64,000 bases of DNA from Diadema antillarum (Eukaryota). The DNA is taken from the NCBI RefSeq assembly GCF_040938485.1, contig NW_027272332.1, forward strand, positions 310,001 to 374,000, in the 5' to 3' direction. Positions within the stretch are counted from its first letter, which is position 1, and every line of letters begins with the position of its first letter. The notes below the pieces were generated by a model. The model saw only the letters and a program-made list of their open reading frames with translations, was not told where the DNA came from and made no database searches. The position numbers were made by a program, and so were the translations under genes. Shown piece after piece: positions 61,565 to 64,000 of the stretch.

Positions 61565-62405
61565 GTCATCTCCGTCACAAACATTCAGGGCGCCATTAAC
61601 TAAAAATGTCGGGTACCCTAAGTATAAATTTTAGTGCTACATGACAGTTACATGCTGAAGTTGAAGAACTCACGTGGTGTTCCCCCTATTTTAATCAAGA
61701 AAGTTATTTTTTTTTGAAATTTTTGACAAAAGCCACGTCGTACCTTTATTCAGCGTCATCTCCGAACGCTTAAGATTACATATCAAATCAAATTAATTTA
61801 TAATTTTGGTGGCATTACGGGAAAGAAGATCATACCCTCTACCAGTACACACGGTTCTTACAGCAGGTGAATGGATCAGGAAGATGGTATGAGGCCATTA
61901 ATTGTTAAACCCATCATCTCCGTCACGTCATCTCCGTCACGAAAAGTGACGGAGATGACGTTGATGGAATTTTTTCTTTAGTACAAAATAACATATAAGT
62001 GATATTGAAAATGCATGGTGTTAATCATATTGGAAGTCCTTTAACCACTGCTATTTCTTTTTTGTTCAGGTGCATTAAATATCCATCCTGAAATTTGTTT
62101 ATGCCATGTTAGATTACCAAATGTCATCTCCGTCACGTCATCTCCGTCACGTCACATTTTGCATTATCATATTTATAACTGCAGCACTAAAAATTGAAAG
62201 TTATTTTAAATGAGGAAACACCCCATAAAGATTGCGCCCGTATTAGATGAAGTCAACATTCATCGTGATTTTCCCACTTTATAAAAGATTTGTCATTTCT
62301 GAGACACTTTTTCTTTCAATAATTTTGTAATGCCGAAAATATACACTTAGCGAAGAATGACCCATCTCCGGCATATATATACTTATATTTATGTTGTGAC
62401 GGAGG
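61565..62405. repeat. Cluster of TCATCTCCGTCAC motifs in both orientations
   Basis: Copies or partial copies lie at about 61565, 61756, 61914-61941 (two direct copies then an inverted GTGACGGAGATGA), 62125-62150 (two), 62363 and 62397 (inverted). Confidence 0.7.
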
Positions 62406-62438
62406 AAAAAATATATATATGTATATATATAATATATA

Positions 62439-62479
<41 letters not shown>

Positions 62480-64000
62480 TATCAGTATCATTCCACTGAT
62501 ATATGATTCGCCATGTAAATAACACGTTTCTTCAAATCATATAATGTAAGAATTATTTTTATTTATTCTGACATTCATGCTGTCATGACAGCAAAGTAGA
62601 TTCAAGACGCCCCTCGTTATTATACTTTGAAAAATCATTCTGGGTGCACTATGAACATTTCAGAAATCGGAATTGACAGTTAAGTACTTGATACACATCA
62701 TTCATGTGCCTATCCAAACACAACCAGACCTACATTGTATATGCAAATTAAAGCCAGCTGCTTTGATTCGCCGCGCCTGTAAATCATTGTTTGCACTGCC
62801 TCTGTTTATTGTGATAAAGCTTGAAGTGTGTATGTAATAAAGTAAGGGAATTTAAAGGTTGGCTCCGAATTTAATTATTTGGCTATATCGAAGTGGAAGG
62901 ACAATGGATAGTTTCCATAATATTTTTGCGAGGGAGCGAAGCAATAAGGGGCGGGGTAGGGGAAGGGGAATGAGGTATACTTTTAACAAGTCATTATAAC
63001 ATGGCGTAATAAATAACGTACACATTACAGAGTGCTTCTGAAATACATACTTTACATGACGCATTCCTGATTTAAATGGGATTTTATTATTTATCTGATT
63101 ACAAACTGCCTAAAGGGGTCTTGGTCAATGTACCCCCTGGGCAATTACCCTGGACCCTCTCTTGCTCTCAATTAAGCAGTAACGCCGTATATTCACTAAA
63201 TTTAAGGGAGAACGGAATTAGGTCTGTGGCCCGTAATATCATGTGATTGTCGTATGAAGGAGCATAGGCTATCCTGAAAATCCCTGTCTCAGATTTGCAA
63301 ATTACAAACCCGCCCTACATCGACCTTTGTAAGTGAACATGCGTATGACTAATTGATTCCACACACCCGAAACGTGCTTGTTTCCTGTCATTAAATTGCC
63401 CAAATGCAGGGCAAGATCAGAATTTTCAGTTTCCTAATTAAGAGTTGGACTTCCATATTATGTAGACGGGGAGTTTAAGTATCAAACACCTGTATTCCAC
63501 TTAATTGTTGCAATGTTATTTTAATACTCAAACGAAAAATCATGTAGTACGATTTGTTAATATAACCCTCTTTACAATGTATCATCCAAGTGGCGGAGTA
63601 AGACACAATACTCCACCTATAGATTGGTAAAATGTCTAGTTGGTAAGTCTATTTTTTGTTTCTTCATATCACATATGTACTACTATAACGATAATGACAT
63701 TGATGATAATAATAACTACATCAACAATAATACTAATAACAAAAACAATGATAATAATGTTAATATGCATTTATAGAAAGCGCATATAAATCTGTACGAT
63801 AGCAACGATTTTCTATACGTGCTTATACAACCAAAGCTTTTAAAGAATCTGCATATTGTTTATTGTCTGTTTCGGCGCAAAGTAAGTCCGGCAATTGCTA
63901 TTCCACAAAATTTTTCGGAGCTGCACCAGCCCAGCAAAAAACGATCTCAATAATTACGAAGGATCAAACTGATAGATACAATTTAAGTACACAACACTTT

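Overview
AT-rich, intron-containing animal genomic DNA. The repeat content suggests an echinoderm, probably a sea urchin (inference). The supplied ORF track is largely misleading because the real genes are spliced; I rebuilt them by hand from GT-AG junctions and phase continuity. Contents: (1) the first coding exon of a minus-strand gene leaving the window at the left edge, head-to-head with (2) a plus-strand gene of at least 6 coding exons (6288-9753) encoding a small predicted beta-grasp plus coiled-coil protein that resembles, from memory, the PDE9A N-terminal region but has no catalytic domain; (3) three intact, tandem, 6-exon alpha-class-like glutathione S-transferase genes on the minus strand (16096-23408, 25500-29875, 34088-43660) that share unusual substitutions at glutathione-binding positions; (4) a 4-exon SLC16/MCT-like MFS transporter gene on the minus strand (56434-60226). 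Introns and intergenic DNA carry many non-autonomous DNA transposons (TTAA-, TA-, 8-bp- and 9-bp-TSD types), LINE 3' remnants, a nested hAT-type element holding a 160-170 bp satellite, foldback minisatellites and a tRNA-Thr-like sequence enclosed in inverted repeats. No prokaryotic features or CRISPR arrays were found. No database searches were run; family assignments come from remembered motifs.
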